Positions 10,172 to 22,261 of a stretch of DNA of 64,000 nucleotides are shown piece after piece. Source of the DNA: Escherichia coli (lineage in GTDB: Bacteria > Pseudomonadota > Gammaproteobacteria > Enterobacterales > Enterobacteriaceae); assembly GCF_003334335.1 (NCBI RefSeq), contig NZ_QOWQ01000006.1; one strand, given 5' to 3'. The notes below the pieces were generated by a model that was not told the DNA's origin, made no database searches, and saw only the letters and a list, made by a program, of their open reading frames with translations. Positions within the stretch are counted from its first letter, which is position 1; every line of letters starts with the position of its first letter. A program made the position numbers and the translations under genes.

Positions 10172-11584
10172 ATGTCACTCAGTCGGCGTCAGTTCATTCA
10201 GGCATCGGGGATTGCACTTTGTGCAGGCGCTGTTCCCCTGAAGGCCAGCGCAGCCGGGCAACAGCAACCGCTACCCGTTCCGCCGCTACTTGAATCTCGC
10301 CGTGGGCAACCGCTGTTTATGACTGTACAACGTGCGCACTGGTCATTTACGCCAGGGACACGCGCGTCGGTCTGGGGAATCAATGGTCGTTACCTGGGGC
10401 CGACTATCCGCGTCTGGAAGGGCGACGATGTTAAGCTTATTTACAGCAACCGCCTGACAGAAAATGTCTCAATGACGGTGGCCGGGCTACAGGTACCAGG
10501 CCCGCTGATGGGCGGTCCGGCACGGATGATGTCGCCAAACGCTGACTGGGCACCCGTACTGCCCATTCGCCAGAACGCAGCTACTCTGTGGTATCACGCC
10601 AATACTCCCAACCGCACGGCTCAGCAGGTCTATAACGGCCTTGCCGGAATGTGGCTGGTGGAAGATGAAGTCAGCAAGTCGCTGCCTATCCCCAACCATT
10701 ATGGTGTGGATGATTTTCCGGTCATTATCCAGGATAAACGGCTGGATAACTTTGGTACGCCAGAATACAACGAACCGGGAAGCGGCGGCTTTGTTGGTGA
10801 TACGCTGCTGGTTAACGGTGTACAAAGCCCGTACGTTGAAGTCTCGCGTGGCTGGGTGCGCTTGCGACTGCTGAACGCGTCGAACTCTCGTCGCTATCAA
10901 CTACAGATGAACGATGGTCGCCCGTTACATGTGATTTCTGGCGATCAGGGATTCCTGCCTGCTCCTGTATCGGTGAAGCAACTTTCGCTGGCACCGGGCG
11001 AGCGCCGCGAGATTCTGGTGGATATGAGCAACGGCGATGAAGTGTCGATCACCTGTGGCGAAGCGGCGAGCATTGTTGATCGTATTCGTGGCTTCTTTGA
11101 GCCATCCAGTATTCTGGTTTCTACCCTGGTGCTAACGCTGCGCCCAACCGGCCTTCTGCCGCTGGTCACAGACAGTCTTCCGATGCGCTTGCTGCCAACT
11201 GAAATCATGGCTGGTTCGCCAATTCGCAGTCGCGATATCAGTCTGGGTGATGACCCGGGTATTAATGGACAGCTGTGGGACGTCAACCGTATTGATGTCA
11301 CCGCGCAGCAAGGAACGTGGGAACGCTGGACGGTACGCGCGGACGAGCCGCAAGCGTTCCATATTGAAGGCGTAATGTTCCAGATCCGTAACGTGAATGG
11401 CGCGATGCCGTTCCCGGAAGACAGAGGCTGGAAAGATACCGTTTGGGTTGACGGACAAGTGGAGCTGCTTGTTTATTTCGGTCAGCCTTCCTGGGCGCAC
11501 TTCCCGTTCTACTTCAACAGTCAGACGCTGGAAATGGCGGACCGTGGCTCGATTGGGCAACTGTTGGTCAATCCGGTACCGTAA
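10172..11584 (+). CDS. ftsP: cell division protein FtsP (SufI), multicopper-oxidase fold, Tat-exported
   Basis: 470-aa ORF starting MSLSRRQFIQASGIALCAGA (twin-arginine signal). Confidence 0.95.
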   Translation: MSLSRRQFIQASGIALCAGAVPLKASAAGQQQPLPVPPLLESRRGQPLFMTVQRAHWSFTPGTRASVWGINGRYLGPTIRVWKGDDVKLIYSNRLTENVSMTVAGLQVPGPLMGGPARMMSPNADWAPVLPIRQNAATLWYHANTPNRTAQQVYNGLAGMWLVEDEVSKSLPIPNHYGVDDFPVIIQDKRLDNFGTPEYNEPGSGGFVGDTLLVNGVQSPYVEVSRGWVRLRLLNASNSRRYQLQMNDGRPLHVISGDQGFLPAPVSVKQLSLAPGERREILVDMSNGDEVSITCGEAASIVDRIRGFFEPSSILVSTLVLTLRPTGLLPLVTDSLPMRLLPTEIMAGSPIRSRDISLGDDPGINGQLWDVNRIDVTAQQGTWERWTVRADEPQAFHIEGVMFQIRNVNGAMPFPEDRGWKDTVWVDGQVELLVYFGQPSWAHFPFYFNSQTLEMADRGSIGQLLVNPVP

Positions 11585-11694
11585 TCTTCATACTCGCCCG
11601 AGGAGGGCGAGTATGGAATACCTTTCGATTTCTCTTTCGTTCCGGCTTATAATCCCCGGCCTTTGATTATTTTTTTATCATTTCTGGAAGCAAA

Positions 11695-13914
11695 ATGAGC
11701 TCTATCTCCCTGATCCAACCGGATCGCGACCTGTTCTCCTGGCCGCAGTACTGGGCCGCCTGTTTTGGACCGGCACCGTTTTTGCCGATGTCTCGTGAAG
11801 AGATGGATCAACTTGGCTGGGATAGCTGCGACATCATTTTGGTTACTGGCGACGCGTATGTCGATCACCCAAGCTTCGGGATGGCGATTTGCGGTCGTAT
11901 GCTGGAAGCGCAGGGCTTTCGCGTCGGGATCATCGCCCAGCCGGACTGGAGCAGCAAAGACGACTTTATGCGTCTGGGTAAACCGAATCTGTTTTTCGGT
12001 GTTACTGCTGGCAACATGGATTCGATGATCAACCGTTATACCGCCGATCGCCGTTTACGTCATGACGATGCCTACACGCCGGATAACGTCGCGGGTAAGC
12101 GCCCGGATCGCGCCACACTGGTTTATACCCAGCGTTGTAAAGAGGCGTGGAAAGATGTACCGGTGATCCTCGGCGGTATTGAGGCTAGTCTGCGCCGTAC
12201 CGCGCATTATGATTACTGGTCCGATACCGTGCGCCGTTCCGTGCTGGTGGATTCGAAAGCCGACATGCTGATGTTTGGTAACGGTGAGCGTCCGCTGGTG
12301 GAAGTGGCGCATCGTCTGGCGATGGGCGAGCCAATTAGTGAAATCCGCGATGTGCGTAATACCGCGATTATCGTGAAAGAGGCGCTGCCTGGCTGGAGCG
12401 GCGTGGATTCCACCCGTCTTGATACCCCTGGAAAAATCGACCCAATCCCGCATCCGTATGGTGAAGATTTGCCGTGCGCGGATAACAAACCGGTGGCACC
12501 GAAAAAGCAGGAAGCCAAAGCCGTAACCGTGCAGCCACCGCGCCCGAAACCGTGGGAAAAAACCTACGTGTTGCTGCCTTCTTTCGAGAAAGTGAAGGGC
12601 GATAAAGTGCTGTACGCCCATGCTTCGCGTATTCTGCACCACGAAACCAACCCAGGCTGTGCCCGCGCATTGATGCAAAAACACGGCGACCGCTATGTGT
12701 GGATCAACCCGCCTGCTATTCCGCTTTCTACCGAAGAGATGGACAGCGTTTTTGCGCTGCCATACAAGCGCGTGCCACATCCGGCCTATGGCAATGCCCG
12801 TATTCCGGCTTACGAAATGATCCGTTTTTCGGTCAACATTATGCGTGGCTGCTTTGGCGGCTGCTCTTTCTGTTCTATCACCGAGCACGAAGGGCGCATT
12901 ATTCAGAGCCGTTCCGAAGATTCGATCATTAATGAGATCGAAGCGATCCGCGACACCGTTCCAGGTTTTACGGGCGTGATTTCCGATCTTGGTGGGCCAA
13001 CTGCCAACATGTATATGTTGCGCTGCAAATCGCCACGCGCTGAACAAACTTGTCGCCGTTTGTCGTGCGTTTATCCGGATATTTGTCCGCACATGGACAC
13101 GAACCACGAACCAACGATCAACCTCTATCGCCGTGCGCGTGATCTGAAAGGCATTAAAAAGATCCTGATTGCCTCTGGTGTGCGTTATGACATAGCCGTA
13201 GAAGATCCGCGCTATATCAAAGAACTGGCGACCCATCACGTCGGCGGTTATCTGAAGATTGCCCCGGAACATACCGAAGAAGGGCCGTTATCGAAGATGA
13301 TGAAGCCGGGCATGGGCAGCTATGACCGCTTTAAAGAGCTGTTCGATACTTACTCAAAACAGGCAGGTAAAGAGCAGTATCTGATCCCCTATTTCATCTC
13401 CGCGCACCCCGGTACGCGTGATGAAGATATGGTGAATCTGGCGCTGTGGCTGAAAAAGCACCGCTTCCGCCTCGACCAGGTGCAGAACTTCTATCCGTCG
13501 CCGCTGGCGAACTCAACCACCATGTATTACACCGGGAAAAACCCGCTGGCGAAGATTGGTTATAAGAGCGAAGACGTCTTCGTACCGAAGGGCGACAAAC
13601 AGCGTCGTTTGCATAAAGCGTTGTTGCGTTACCACGATCCGGCAAACTGGCCGTTAATCCGCCAGGCGCTGGAAGCGATGGGCAAAAAGCATCTGATTGG
13701 CAGCCGTCGCGATTGCTTAGTGCCTGCGCCAACCATTGAAGAGATGCGTGAAGCTCGTCGCCAGAACCGCAATACCCGTCCGGCGTTGACGAAACATACG
13801 CCGATGGCGACCCAGCGTCAGACGCCTGCTACGGCAAAAAAAGCGTCGTCTACGCAATCTCGTCCGGTGAATGCTGGTGCGAAGAAACGGCCTAAAGCGG
13901 CGGTTGGACGTTAA
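11695..13914 (+). CDS. ygiQ: radical SAM protein YgiQ (UPF0313)
   Basis: 739-aa ORF with CxxxCxxC radical-SAM cysteine motif ([10 protein letters not shown]) and basic C-terminal tail. Confidence 0.9.
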   Translation: MSSISLIQPDRDLFSWPQYWAACFGPAPFLPMSREEMDQLGWDSCDIILVTGDAYVDHPSFGMAICGRMLEAQGFRVGIIAQPDWSSKDDFMRLGKPNLFFGVTAGNMDSMINRYTADRRLRHDDAYTPDNVAGKRPDRATLVYTQRCKEAWKDVPVILGGIEASLRRTAHYDYWSDTVRRSVLVDSKADMLMFGNGERPLVEVAHRLAMGEPISEIRDVRNTAIIVKEALPGWSGVDSTRLDTPGKIDPIPHPYGEDLPCADNKPVAPKKQEAKAVTVQPPRPKPWEKTYVLLPSFEKVKGDKVLYAHASRILHHETNPGCARALMQKHGDRYVWINPPAIPLSTEEMDSVFALPYKRVPHPAYGNARIPAYEMIRFSVNIMRGCFGGCSFCSITEHEGRIIQSRSEDSIINEIEAIRDTVPGFTGVISDLGGPTANMYMLRCKSPRAEQTCRRLSCVYPDICPHMDTNHEPTINLYRRARDLKGIKKILIASGVRYDIAVEDPRYIKELATHHVGGYLKIAPEHTEEGPLSKMMKPGMGSYDRFKELFDTYSKQAGKEQYLIPYFISAHPGTRDEDMVNLALWLKKHRFRLDQVQNFYPSPLANSTTMYYTGKNPLAKIGYKSEDVFVPKGDKQRRLHKALLRYHDPANWPLIRQALEAMGKKHLIGSRRDCLVPAPTIEEMREARRQNRNTRPALTKHTPMATQRQTPATAKKASSTQSRPVNAGAKKRPKAAVGR

Positions 13915-13921
13915 AAAATAT

Positions 13922-13956
13922 CCCCGGCAACTGACACGCTACCGGGGATTTTTTTA
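13922..13956. terminator. bidirectional rho-independent terminator between ygiQ and yqhH
   Basis: ccccggcaactgacacgctaccgggg hairpin followed by a T-run; A/T runs on both sides. Confidence 0.7.
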
Positions 13957-14214
13957 TCATTCTGCGTACATACGCAAGCAGCGCAGGCAATCAAAATAGT
14001 CCTGAGCATCAAGACGCGTATTGGCTCTGTTAGCTTCGGATTTGGCAGCATAGATTTGTGGGCGTAGTGCTTTCATATCCTGCTCAAGCCGGGCGATTTT
14101 GGTATTTAATGTTTGCACATTGCTCGCCAGCTGATTGACCTTTTGCTCATTGACGCAGCCACTGAGCAAGCAGGTTGCCAGAACAACAGCTCCCACGGTG
14201 AAAATCGTTTTCAT
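13957..14214 (-). CDS. yqhH: Lpp-like lipoprotein YqhH
   Basis: 85-aa [23 protein letters not shown] (lipobox LSGC) followed by a coiled-coil Lpp-like sequence. Confidence 0.85.
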   Translation of the reverse strand: MKTIFTVGAVVLATCLLSGCVNEQKVNQLASNVQTLNTKIARLEQDMKALRPQIYAAKSEANRANTRLDAQDYFDCLRCLRMYAE

Positions 14215-14264
14215 ATAGTGTTCCCTTTTATTTATTGTTCCGGCTAATTGTTATTTAATTCAGC

Positions 14265-15191
14265 TCATTGCTTTAATCTGGCGGCAGTTTTTGCCTCAAT
14301 CTGCTTAAGTAGGCTGCCGCTGTTCGGGCGGATAAAATCAGCGATTTCCCACTTGCCTTCGCGCCGCTGTAAAACCAGTTCTTGCTCTTCGTTGTTGCCA
14401 TTGGTCAGCGTAAAACGAACATGAATGCGGGCGGAATCGGCGGTTTTCTCCAGGACTCGAATTTCATCAACGCGTGAAAATAGCGACTCTTCGCCAAAAC
14501 AGATCGGATTGTCGTAAATAAATTGCCGTTCTATTTGCATATCTTCATCGGGATTATTGGCCGTCTTGAAGGTGGTTTTATAGAAGGCATTAACCGCCTG
14601 GCGGTAAGAGTCGGAAACCACCCACGTCCACGGCCAGCTATAATCAGCAATATGTTCAAAGAGTTCGGCAACAAAGGCTTCCGGCTGTTCTTTTTGCAAC
14701 GAAGCTAAAGCGGCCAGCGTTTTTTCATTCTCGCTATTAACTGCTTGTAAGACGCTGCCATGATTGCTGACAATATCGTCAATGACCCAACGACCATTTT
14801 CCGCCACCATTTTCAGTGTCTGCGTGGTCTTTTCTTTATCATCTTTAAAGATACGAAAGCGCACAACGGCATCGGCATGATCGGCGTCAGTTTGGGTTAT
14901 CGCAACGCTTTCTAGCACCAGATCGCCAAAATCCTGACAATCACAAACCGGATCATAATCCAGCCAGCCAATATTGCCCGGCAGCGTAAGATTGTCGTTC
15001 AGGGTAAGCGCCTGTTGAATACGCGCAGAAGTTATCGCCCGCTCTCCGGTTTCACCAAAATAAGGGGCAGTGGCATCTGATTTATAGTTCTGATAAATAT
15101 GCCGGACTGTTTGTTCTACGGTCTGTGAGGGGGGCTGTGCGTGTACGGTAAAACTTGCCAGGGCTGCTAAAAACAGAAGTATTATTTTCAT
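14265..15191 (-). CDS. yqhG: secreted DUF3828-family protein YqhG
   Basis: 308-aa ORF with N-terminal signal peptide MKIILLFLAALASFTVHA. Confidence 0.85.
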   Translation of the reverse strand: MKIILLFLAALASFTVHAQPPSQTVEQTVRHIYQNYKSDATAPYFGETGERAITSARIQQALTLNDNLTLPGNIGWLDYDPVCDCQDFGDLVLESVAITQTDADHADAVVRFRIFKDDKEKTTQTLKMVAENGRWVIDDIVSNHGSVLQAVNSENEKTLAALASLQKEQPEAFVAELFEHIADYSWPWTWVVSDSYRQAVNAFYKTTFKTANNPDEDMQIERQFIYDNPICFGEESLFSRVDEIRVLEKTADSARIHVRFTLTNGNNEEQELVLQRREGKWEIADFIRPNSGSLLKQIEAKTAARLKQ

Positions 15192-15390
15192 CTGTTTTTC
15201 ACCTCTCCGTTGCGTTTATCCCGGATATAGATGAGTTGTTCTTTTAAGAGCTTCCGGCTCTGCATGATGATGTCCTTATATTTGGCATTCCTGAACAAGG
15301 AAGAGTAACAACGGGCGGGACGCGAGGGGAATAAATGATTTCTGAAAAGTCCGGTAGCGGAACATTACCGCCACCGGGAGAATTTGCATG

Positions 15391-16218
15391 TTAGCCGCCG
15401 AACTGGTCAGGATCGGGACCGAGACGCTTGCCCTGATCGAGTTTTGCAATTTCGCCGAGTTCGTCTTTGTCGAGACGGAAATCCCAGACATCAAAGTTTT
15501 CGGCAATACGTGAAGGTGTGACCGATTTCGGGATCACCACCAGGCCGCTATCCAGATGCCAGCGGATAACAATCTGCGCCGGGGTTTTGCCGTATTTATC
15601 TGCCAGATCGCGAATGACTTTCTGATCGAAAACGCCTTTCCCTCCTTGCGCTAATGGGCTCCAGGATTCGGTCTGGATTTTGTGTGTCGCGTTCCAGGCG
15701 TGTAGCTGGCGTTGTTGCATCAGCGGATGAAGTTCGATCTGGTTTATCACAGGCGTCACGCCAGTTTCATCAATCAGGCGTTGCAGGTGATGGATCTGGA
15801 AGTTGCACACGCCGATGCTTTTGATTAATCCCTCTTTTTGCAATTCGATCATGCCTTTCCATGCTTCGACATAATGGTCGATAGCGGGAACGGGCCAGTG
15901 CATTAAGTAGAGGTCGATATAATCAAGCTGGAGTTTTTTCAGGCTGTCGAGCAGGGCTTCGCGGGGGCGCTTGTGGTCGTCGTTCCACAGCTTAGTGGTG
16001 ATGAACAGTTCTTCTCTGTTGACTGAGGCATTTTTCAGGGCTTTGCCGACACCTTCTTCGTTCTTGTAGGCCGCGGCGGTATCAATCGAGCGATAACCCA
16101 CTTCTAACGCTTTTTGAATGGCGGTGATTACTTCCTCATTACTTGCTTGCCAGACGCCCAGTCCCAGCTGGGGCATGACATTGCCATCCTGTAGCTTAAT
16201 AACGGTTGGATTAGCCAT
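15391..16218 (-). CDS. dkgA: aldo-keto reductase (2,5-diketo-D-gluconate / methylglyoxal reductase) DkgA
   Basis: 275-aa ORF MANPTVIKLQDGNVMPQLGLGVWQ... typical AKR N-terminus. Confidence 0.95.
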   Translation of the reverse strand: MANPTVIKLQDGNVMPQLGLGVWQASNEEVITAIQKALEVGYRSIDTAAAYKNEEGVGKALKNASVNREELFITTKLWNDDHKRPREALLDSLKKLQLDYIDLYLMHWPVPAIDHYVEAWKGMIELQKEGLIKSIGVCNFQIHHLQRLIDETGVTPVINQIELHPLMQQRQLHAWNATHKIQTESWSPLAQGGKGVFDQKVIRDLADKYGKTPAQIVIRWHLDSGLVVIPKSVTPSRIAENFDVWDFRLDKDELGEIAKLDQGKRLGPDPDQFGG

Positions 16219-16322
16219 ACGTTCCTCCTTTATATGAACTCACCGGAGCAGGCTCCGGTGAGGTGTTGTGAACTTAAGTCTGGACGAAATGCCCGAAAAC
16301 GAAAGTTTGAGGCGTAAAAAGC

Positions 16323-17486
16323 TTAGCGGGCGGCTTCGTATATACGGCGGCTGACATCCAACGTAATGTCATGATTTTCGCCCAGTTGGGTCATGCCGTG
16401 CTCTTCCAGTTTTTTCAGCAAAGCCGGGATGGAGCTGCCGTCCAGACCGTAGTCGGAGAGGTGGGTCGGCACGCCTAATTGCTCAAAGAAATTGCGGGTT
16501 GCGGCAATCGCGGCGTCAATACGCTCATCATCGGAACCTTCAGTGATGTTCCAGACGCGTTCAGCATATTGCAGCAGCTTAGCGCGCTTGGTATCGCGTT
16601 TTTCATTCCACAGTGCAGGCAGGACGATAGCCAGTGTTTGCGCGTGATCCAGACCGTGCATCGCAGTCAGTTCGTGGCCCAGCATATGCGTTGCCCAGTC
16701 CTGCGGTACGCCAGCGCCAATCAAACCGTTCAGCGCCTGAGTCGCCGCCCACATGACGTTGGCGCGCACATCGTAGTTTTCTGGCTCTTTCAGGGCTTTC
16801 GGACCATCTTCGATTAGCGTCAGCAAAATGCCTTCTGCGAAACGGTCCTGAATTTTGGCATCAACCGGTTTGGTAACATACTGTTCCACGGTGTGTACAA
16901 AGGCGTCCACTACGCCGTTAGCCACCTGACGCGGCGGCAGGGTGTAGGTATAAACCGGATCGAGCACGGCAAATACCGGCTGAACATGGGCAGAATGGAA
17001 CGCCTGCTTGTCGCCTGTGGTTTTACGGGAGATCACCGCGCCTGCGTTGGATTCTGAACCGGTTGCTGGCAGCGTCAGCACACAGCCCATCGGGATGGCG
17101 CTTTTAATCTCTTTACCGCCCGTTTGCAGAATGTGCCACGGATCGATATTTTCCGGATAGTTAGCCGCTGCGGCGATAAATTTGGTGCCGTCCAGTACAG
17201 AACCGCCGCCAACCGCCAGCAGGAAAGTCACTTTCTGTTCGCGAACCAGTTTCACGGCGTTCATCAGCGTTTCATAAGCCGGGTTTGGCTCAATACCGCC
17301 AAATTCCAGCACGTCCATGCCTTTCAGGGCATCCAGAACTTGATCGAGAACGCCGGTTTTTTTCACGCTGCCGCCGCCGTAGGTAATCAATACGCGAGCA
17401 TCGTGAGGAATTTGTTCGCGTAAACCAGCGATTGCGCCTTTACCAAACAGAATGCGGGTTGGGGTGTGCAGATTAAAGTTGTTCAT
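16323..17486 (-). CDS. yqhD: NADPH-dependent aldehyde reductase YqhD (iron-containing ADH family)
   Basis: Start chosen at [17 protein letters not shown]; the track ORF is 8 codons longer. Confidence 0.93.
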   Translation of the reverse strand: MNNFNLHTPTRILFGKGAIAGLREQIPHDARVLITYGGGSVKKTGVLDQVLDALKGMDVLEFGGIEPNPAYETLMNAVKLVREQKVTFLLAVGGGSVLDGTKFIAAAANYPENIDPWHILQTGGKEIKSAIPMGCVLTLPATGSESNAGAVISRKTTGDKQAFHSAHVQPVFAVLDPVYTYTLPPRQVANGVVDAFVHTVEQYVTKPVDAKIQDRFAEGILLTLIEDGPKALKEPENYDVRANVMWAATQALNGLIGAGVPQDWATHMLGHELTAMHGLDHAQTLAIVLPALWNEKRDTKRAKLLQYAERVWNITEGSDDERIDAAIAATRNFFEQLGVPTHLSDYGLDGSSIPALLKKLEEHGMTQLGENHDITLDVSRRIYEAAR

Positions 17487-17622
17487 TACTTGCTCCCTTT
17501 GCTGGGCCAATATGAGGGCAGAGAACGATCTGCCTGATGTTTTTCATTGTGATCGCCAGCGCCCTGGCTCTCAATGCTCATTTCTGCCAATGTCTTGCCT
17601 ATTTCTCCAGAGTGCTGGAGAA

Positions 17623-18579
17623 ATGCTACAAAATTGCGCACAATCAAATTGCCGCATTATTCCTAAGAAATTACGCGATATGAAACGTGAAGAGATTTGC
17701 CGCTTGCTGGCGGATAAAGTTAATAAACTGAAAAATAAAGAAAATAGTTTGTCAGAACTGTTGCCCGATGTGCGTTTGTTGTATGGCGAGACGCCTTTCG
17801 CACGTACACCGGTGATGTACGAGCCTGGCATCATAATTCTCTTTTCCGGGCATAAAATCGGTTATATCAATGAACGCGTGTTTCGTTATGATGCCAATGA
17901 ATACCTGCTGCTGACGGTGCCGTTGCCGTTTGAGTGCGAAACCTATGCCACGTCAGAGGTGCCGCTGGCAGGGTTGCGTCTCAATGTCGATATTTTGCAG
18001 TTACAGGAACTGTTGATGGACATTGGCGAAGATGAGCATTTCCAGCCGTCGATGGCAGCCAGCGGGATTAACTCCGCCACGTTATCAGAAGAGATTTTAT
18101 GCGCGGCGGAGCGGTTACTCGACGTGATGGAGCGACCACTGGATGCGCGTATTCTCGGCAAACAGATCATCCGCGAAATTCTGTACTACGTGCTGACCGG
18201 ACCTTGCGGCGGCGCGTTACTGGCGCTGGTCAGTCGCCAGACTCACTTCAGTCTGATTAGCCGCGTGCTGAAACGGATTGAGAATAAATACACCGAAAAC
18301 CTGAGCGTCGAGCAACTGGCGGCAGAAGCCAACATGAGCGTATCGGCGTTCCACCATAATTTTAAGTCTGTCACCAGTACCTCGCCGTTGCAGTATTTGA
18401 AGAATTACCGTCTGCATAAGGCGCGGATGATGATCATCCATGACGGCATGAAGGCCAGCGCAGCAGCGATGCGCGTCGGCTATGAAAGCGCATCGCAATT
18501 TAGCCGTGAGTTTAAACGTTACTTCGGTGTGACGCCGGGGGAAGATGCGGCAAGAATGCGGGCGATGCAGGGGAATTAA
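17623..18579 (+). CDS. yqhC: AraC-family regulator YqhC (activator of yqhD-dkgA)
   Basis: C-terminal AraC HTH; start set at MLQNCAQSN (about 318 aa) because the longer track ORF would overlap the divergent yqhD start. Confidence 0.85.
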   Translation: MLQNCAQSNCRIIPKKLRDMKREEICRLLADKVNKLKNKENSLSELLPDVRLLYGETPFARTPVMYEPGIIILFSGHKIGYINERVFRYDANEYLLLTVPLPFECETYATSEVPLAGLRLNVDILQLQELLMDIGEDEHFQPSMAASGINSATLSEEILCAAERLLDVMERPLDARILGKQIIREILYYVLTGPCGGALLALVSRQTHFSLISRVLKRIENKYTENLSVEQLAAEANMSVSAFHHNFKSVTSTSPLQYLKNYRLHKARMMIIHDGMKASAAAMRVGYESASQFSREFKRYFGVTPGEDAARMRAMQGN

Positions 18580-18618
18580 ATACGTTCCCGGTACAGCAAC
18601 CGGGAACGGGGAAAATCG

Positions 18619-19278
18619 TCAGGCGTTACAGTATTTTTTTTTAATCACCACAAACAGCGTGCCTAACAAGCCAGCGGTTAACAAGGCAATTGGCAGGATC
18701 ATCAGGAACGTCATTACCTGATCTTCATGGCGTTTAACGAACGGAATCATACTTAAGGCATAGCCAAAACTGGTTACCACGCTGACCCACAGCAATCCAC
18801 TTAACCAGTTGAAAAACTGGAAGCGGCGGTTTGGCAGACCGGAAATTCCCGCCATGGTTGGCAGCAGCGTACGGACAAATGCAAGAAAACGTCCAGCCAG
18901 CAGCGCCAGCAGACCGTGGCGGTCAAACATGCAGGTGGCGCGCTGGTGATATTTAGCAGGAAGCTGTGCCAGCCAGCCTTTCACCGTTTTGGTATTCCCT
19001 AACCAGCGCCCCTGAATATAACTTAGCCAGCAGCCCAGACTTGCTGCGGCGGTCAGAATCGCAATCGTAGGCAGAAAATCCATAACCCCCTGGGCAATCA
19101 ATGCGCCTGCCAGTATCAACAAGCTGTCGCCTGGCAAAAATGAGGCGGGCAGCAGGCCGTTTTCTAAAAACAGCGTGGCAAACATGACAAAGTAAACAAC
19201 GCTAACAATATGAGGATCCGCCAGCGCGGCAAAGTCGTGTTGCCAGAGCGCAGCGATGATATCTTGAATAACAGCCAT
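18619..19278 (-). CDS. yghB: DedA-family inner membrane protein YghB
   Basis: 219-aa multi-[29 protein letters not shown]... Confidence 0.9.
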
Positions 19279-19417
19279 GGACTTTCCTGTGGAACAGCGT
19301 TTAAGCCTTTATCTGCCTATTGTACTCCTGAATCGTCCGGGACGCCTTGATCCCGGACGCAACAATTTAAGACTTTTCACAATAAAATGTCTGCAAAATT
19401 GTCCAAAAGTGGCAATG

Positions 19418-20605
19418 TTATACAATTCGCGCAAAACCGGCGTCCAGATCGGCAATCAGATCGTCGACATCTTCCAGACCAATATGCAGGCGAATCAAGG
19501 TCCCGCTAAAATCGATCTCGCCTTGTGGGCGAATGGCGGCGATATGTTCTGGTTGATTTGCCAGGATCAACGATTCATACCCGCCCCACGAGTAGGCCAT
19601 GCTGAATAAACTGAAGTTATCCAGATAGTTCGCCAGCTCTTCATTATTGAGTTTTTTCTTAAGCACAAAGGAAAATAGCCCGCTGCTGCCTGTAAAGTCT
19701 CGTTTCCAGAATTCGTGACCTTTACTGCCAGGCAGAGCAGGGTGGTTAACTCGCGCAACTTGCGGATGTTCTGCCAGCCATTCAGCCACTTTCAGACTGC
19801 TTTCATGATGTTGACGCAAACGCACACCTAATGTGCGCAGGCCACGGCTGGTTATATAGGCGGTATCGGCATCGACCATCTGGCCCATCAGATAGGCATT
19901 TTCCCGTAGCTGCTCCCAGCAACGGGCATTGCACACGGCAGTGCCAATCATCGCATCTGAATGCCCAACCAGATATTTGGTGGCGGCTTGAATAGAAACA
20001 TCGATGCCAAAATCCAGCGCCTTAAACAGCACACCGGCTGCCCAGGTGTTGTCGATCATAATGATGGCATCCGGCACCACACTGCGTACGGCGGCAACAA
20101 TCGCCGGAACGTCGTGGACTTCCATGGTGATGGAGCCTGGCGATTCCAGAAACACGATTTTAGTGTTTGGCTGCAGATGCTTAACGATATCGGCACCAAT
20201 CAGCGGATCAAACCATGATGTCGTTACGCCCAGTTTGCTGAGGATTTTGCTACAGAAATCCTGACTCGGTTCATAGGCGGTGTTGGTCATCAACACATGA
20301 TCGCCCTGTTCGATAAAAGCAAGAATGGAATTAGCAACCGCTGCCGCCCCGCAGGGAAATAGCACGCAGCCTGCGCCACCTTCCAGTTCACACATCGCTT
20401 GTTGTAAGGAGAAATGGGTTAACGTTCCGCGCCGTCCATAGAACAACTCTCCATTGGCGCGATTACGTGTCGCGTGTTTTTTGGCTTCTACACTGTCAAA
20501 GACCAGCGAAGAAGCGCGCTGAATCACGCTATTTACCGCGCCGAGAGAGTATTTTTTGCTGCGTCCTGCATTCACCAGTTGAGTATCAAGCTTTTTGTCC
20601 GCCAT
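19418..20605 (-). CDS. metC: cystathionine beta-lyase
   Basis: Start at [19 protein letters not shown] (395 aa); PLP-dependent Cys/Met metabolism fold; the track ORF is extended 45 codons upstream. Confidence 0.95.
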   Translation of the reverse strand: MADKKLDTQLVNAGRSKKYSLGAVNSVIQRASSLVFDSVEAKKHATRNRANGELFYGRRGTLTHFSLQQAMCELEGGAGCVLFPCGAAAVANSILAFIEQGDHVLMTNTAYEPSQDFCSKILSKLGVTTSWFDPLIGADIVKHLQPNTKIVFLESPGSITMEVHDVPAIVAAVRSVVPDAIIMIDNTWAAGVLFKALDFGIDVSIQAATKYLVGHSDAMIGTAVCNARCWEQLRENAYLMGQMVDADTAYITSRGLRTLGVRLRQHHESSLKVAEWLAEHPQVARVNHPALPGSKGHEFWKRDFTGSSGLFSFVLKKKLNNEELANYLDNFSLFSMAYSWGGYESLILANQPEHIAAIRPQGEIDFSGTLIRLHIGLEDVDDLIADLDAGFARIV

Positions 20606-20625
20606 GTCGGGATTCCTGTTTTTAT

Positions 20626-20639
20626 ACGTCTGGATGTCT
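20626..20639. promoter_or_regulatory. candidate tandem MetJ boxes upstream of metC
   Basis: ACGTCTGGATGTCT resembles two adjacent 8-bp met boxes (consensus AGACGTCT). Confidence 0.4.
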
Positions 20640-20769
20640 AAACTAGCATGAATATTCGCGGGCGCATCCTGAAGAATTGGCATAAAGCAGAAAATTTTCG
20701 CAAATGGCGTGCTGGTGACTTTTTTACTGCGTAAACGCAAGGAAAAGAAAGCAAAGGTACGGCAGTATG

Positions 20770-20795
20770 CAAATAGTAATGAGAACGACTATCAA
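20770..20795. promoter_or_regulatory. candidate Fur box in exbB promoter
   Basis: AAATAGTAATGAGAACGACTATCAAT is A/T-rich with partial match to GATAATGATAATCATTATC; exbBD is iron-regulated. Confidence 0.3.
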
Positions 20796-20856
20796 TTCGA
20801 CGTCGTTTTGATATTATTATGCGCAGATTTTGTGACTTGCGTCCTGGAGATACACA

Positions 20857-21591
20857 GTGGGTAATAATTTAATGCAGACGGACCTTTCCGTCTGGGGTAT
20901 GTATCAGCACGCCGATATTGTCGTTAAGTGCGTGATGATTGGGCTTATTTTGGCCTCCGTAGTCACCTGGGCAATCTTCTTCAGTAAGAGCGTAGAGTTC
21001 TTCAATCAGAAGCGTCGCCTTAAGCGCGAGCAGCAACTGCTGGCTGAAGCGCGTTCCTTAAACCAGGCCAACGATATCGCCGCTGATTTTGGTAGCAAAA
21101 GCTTAAGCCTGCATTTGCTCAATGAAGCGCAGAATGAGCTGGAACTGTCAGAAGGCAGCGACGATAACGAAGGTATTAAAGAACGTACCAGCTTCCGTCT
21201 GGAGCGTCGGGTCGCCGCAGTGGGTCGTCAAATGGGCCGCGGTAACGGCTATCTGGCAACCATCGGCGCGATTTCTCCGTTCGTTGGTCTGTTTGGTACG
21301 GTCTGGGGCATCATGAACAGCTTTATTGGTATCGCGCAAACGCAGACCACTAACCTGGCAGTCGTTGCGCCGGGTATCGCAGAAGCTCTGTTAGCAACGG
21401 CAATCGGCCTCGTGGCAGCGATTCCTGCGGTCGTTATCTATAACGTATTTGCACGCCAGATTGGCGGCTTTAAAGCGATGCTGGGTGATGTTGCAGCGCA
21501 GGTATTGTTGCTGCAAAGCCGTGACCTGGATCTGGAAGCCAGCGCCGCTGCGCATCCGGTTCGTGTCGCACAAAAATTACGCGCAGGATAA
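20857..21591 (+). CDS. exbB: TonB-system proton channel ExbB
   Basis: 244-aa ORF (GTG start) MGNNLMQTDLSVWGMYQHADIVVKCVMIG... Confidence 0.95.
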   Translation: MGNNLMQTDLSVWGMYQHADIVVKCVMIGLILASVVTWAIFFSKSVEFFNQKRRLKREQQLLAEARSLNQANDIAADFGSKSLSLHLLNEAQNELELSEGSDDNEGIKERTSFRLERRVAAVGRQMGRGNGYLATIGAISPFVGLFGTVWGIMNSFIGIAQTQTTNLAVVAPGIAEALLATAIGLVAAIPAVVIYNVFARQIGGFKAMLGDVAAQVLLLQSRDLDLEASAAAHPVRVAQKLRAG

Positions 21592-21597
21592 TATCCG

Positions 21598-22023
21598 ATG
21601 GCAATGCATCTTAACGAAAACCTCGACGATAACGGCGAAATGCATGATATCAACGTGACGCCGTTTATCGACGTGATGTTGGTTCTGCTGATTATCTTTA
21701 TGGTGGCGGCACCGTTAGCGACGGTAGATGTGAAGGTGAACTTGCCTGCTTCTACCAGCACGCCGCAGCCGCGCCCGGAAAAACCGGTTTATCTGTCGGT
21801 GAAGGCAGACAACTCGATGTTTATCGGTAACGATCCGGTCACCGATGAAACAATGATTACGGCGTTGAATGCGTTAACCGAAGGCAAGAAAGACACCACC
21901 ATCTTCTTCCGAGCGGACAAAACCGTCGATTACGAGACGTTGATGAAGGTAATGGATACGCTGCATCAGGCGGGTTACCTGAAGATAGGTCTGGTCGGCG
22001 AAGAAACCGCCAAAGCGAAGTAA
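21598..22023 (+). CDS. exbD: TonB-system protein ExbD
   Basis: 141-aa ORF MAMHLNENLDDNGEMHDINVTPFIDVMLVLLIIF... Confidence 0.95.
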   Translation: MAMHLNENLDDNGEMHDINVTPFIDVMLVLLIIFMVAAPLATVDVKVNLPASTSTPQPRPEKPVYLSVKADNSMFIGNDPVTDETMITALNALTEGKKDTTIFFRADKTVDYETLMKVMDTLHQAGYLKIGLVGEETAKAK

Positions 22024-22029
22024 AGTAGA

Positions 22030-22250
22030 ATTGCCTGATGCGCTACGCTCATCAGGCCTACAAAATCTATTGCAACATGTTGAATCTTCGTGCGTTTGTA
22101 GGCCGGATAAGGCGTTCACGACGCATCCGGCATTAGGTGCTCAATGCCTGATGCGCTACGCTTATCAGGCCTACAAAATCTATTGCAACATGTTGAATCT
22201 TCATGCGTTTGTAGGCGGATAAGGCGTTTTCGCCACATCAGGTAAGAGTG
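22030..22250. repeat. REP/BIME cluster with roughly 107-bp direct duplication
   Basis: gcctgatgcgctacgct(c/t)atcaggcctacaaaatctattgcaacatgttgaatcttc(g/a)tgcgtttgtaggc... occurs twice (about 22034-22115 and 22141-22222) with palindromic REP units. Confidence 0.85.
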
Positions 22251-22261
22251 AATTCACAATG

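Noticed and set aside
17452-17622. N-terminal extension of yqhC in the ORF track (start at 17452)
   Set aside because: It would overlap the divergent yqhD start codon and is Cys/Arg-rich with no features; the start at 17623 was chosen instead
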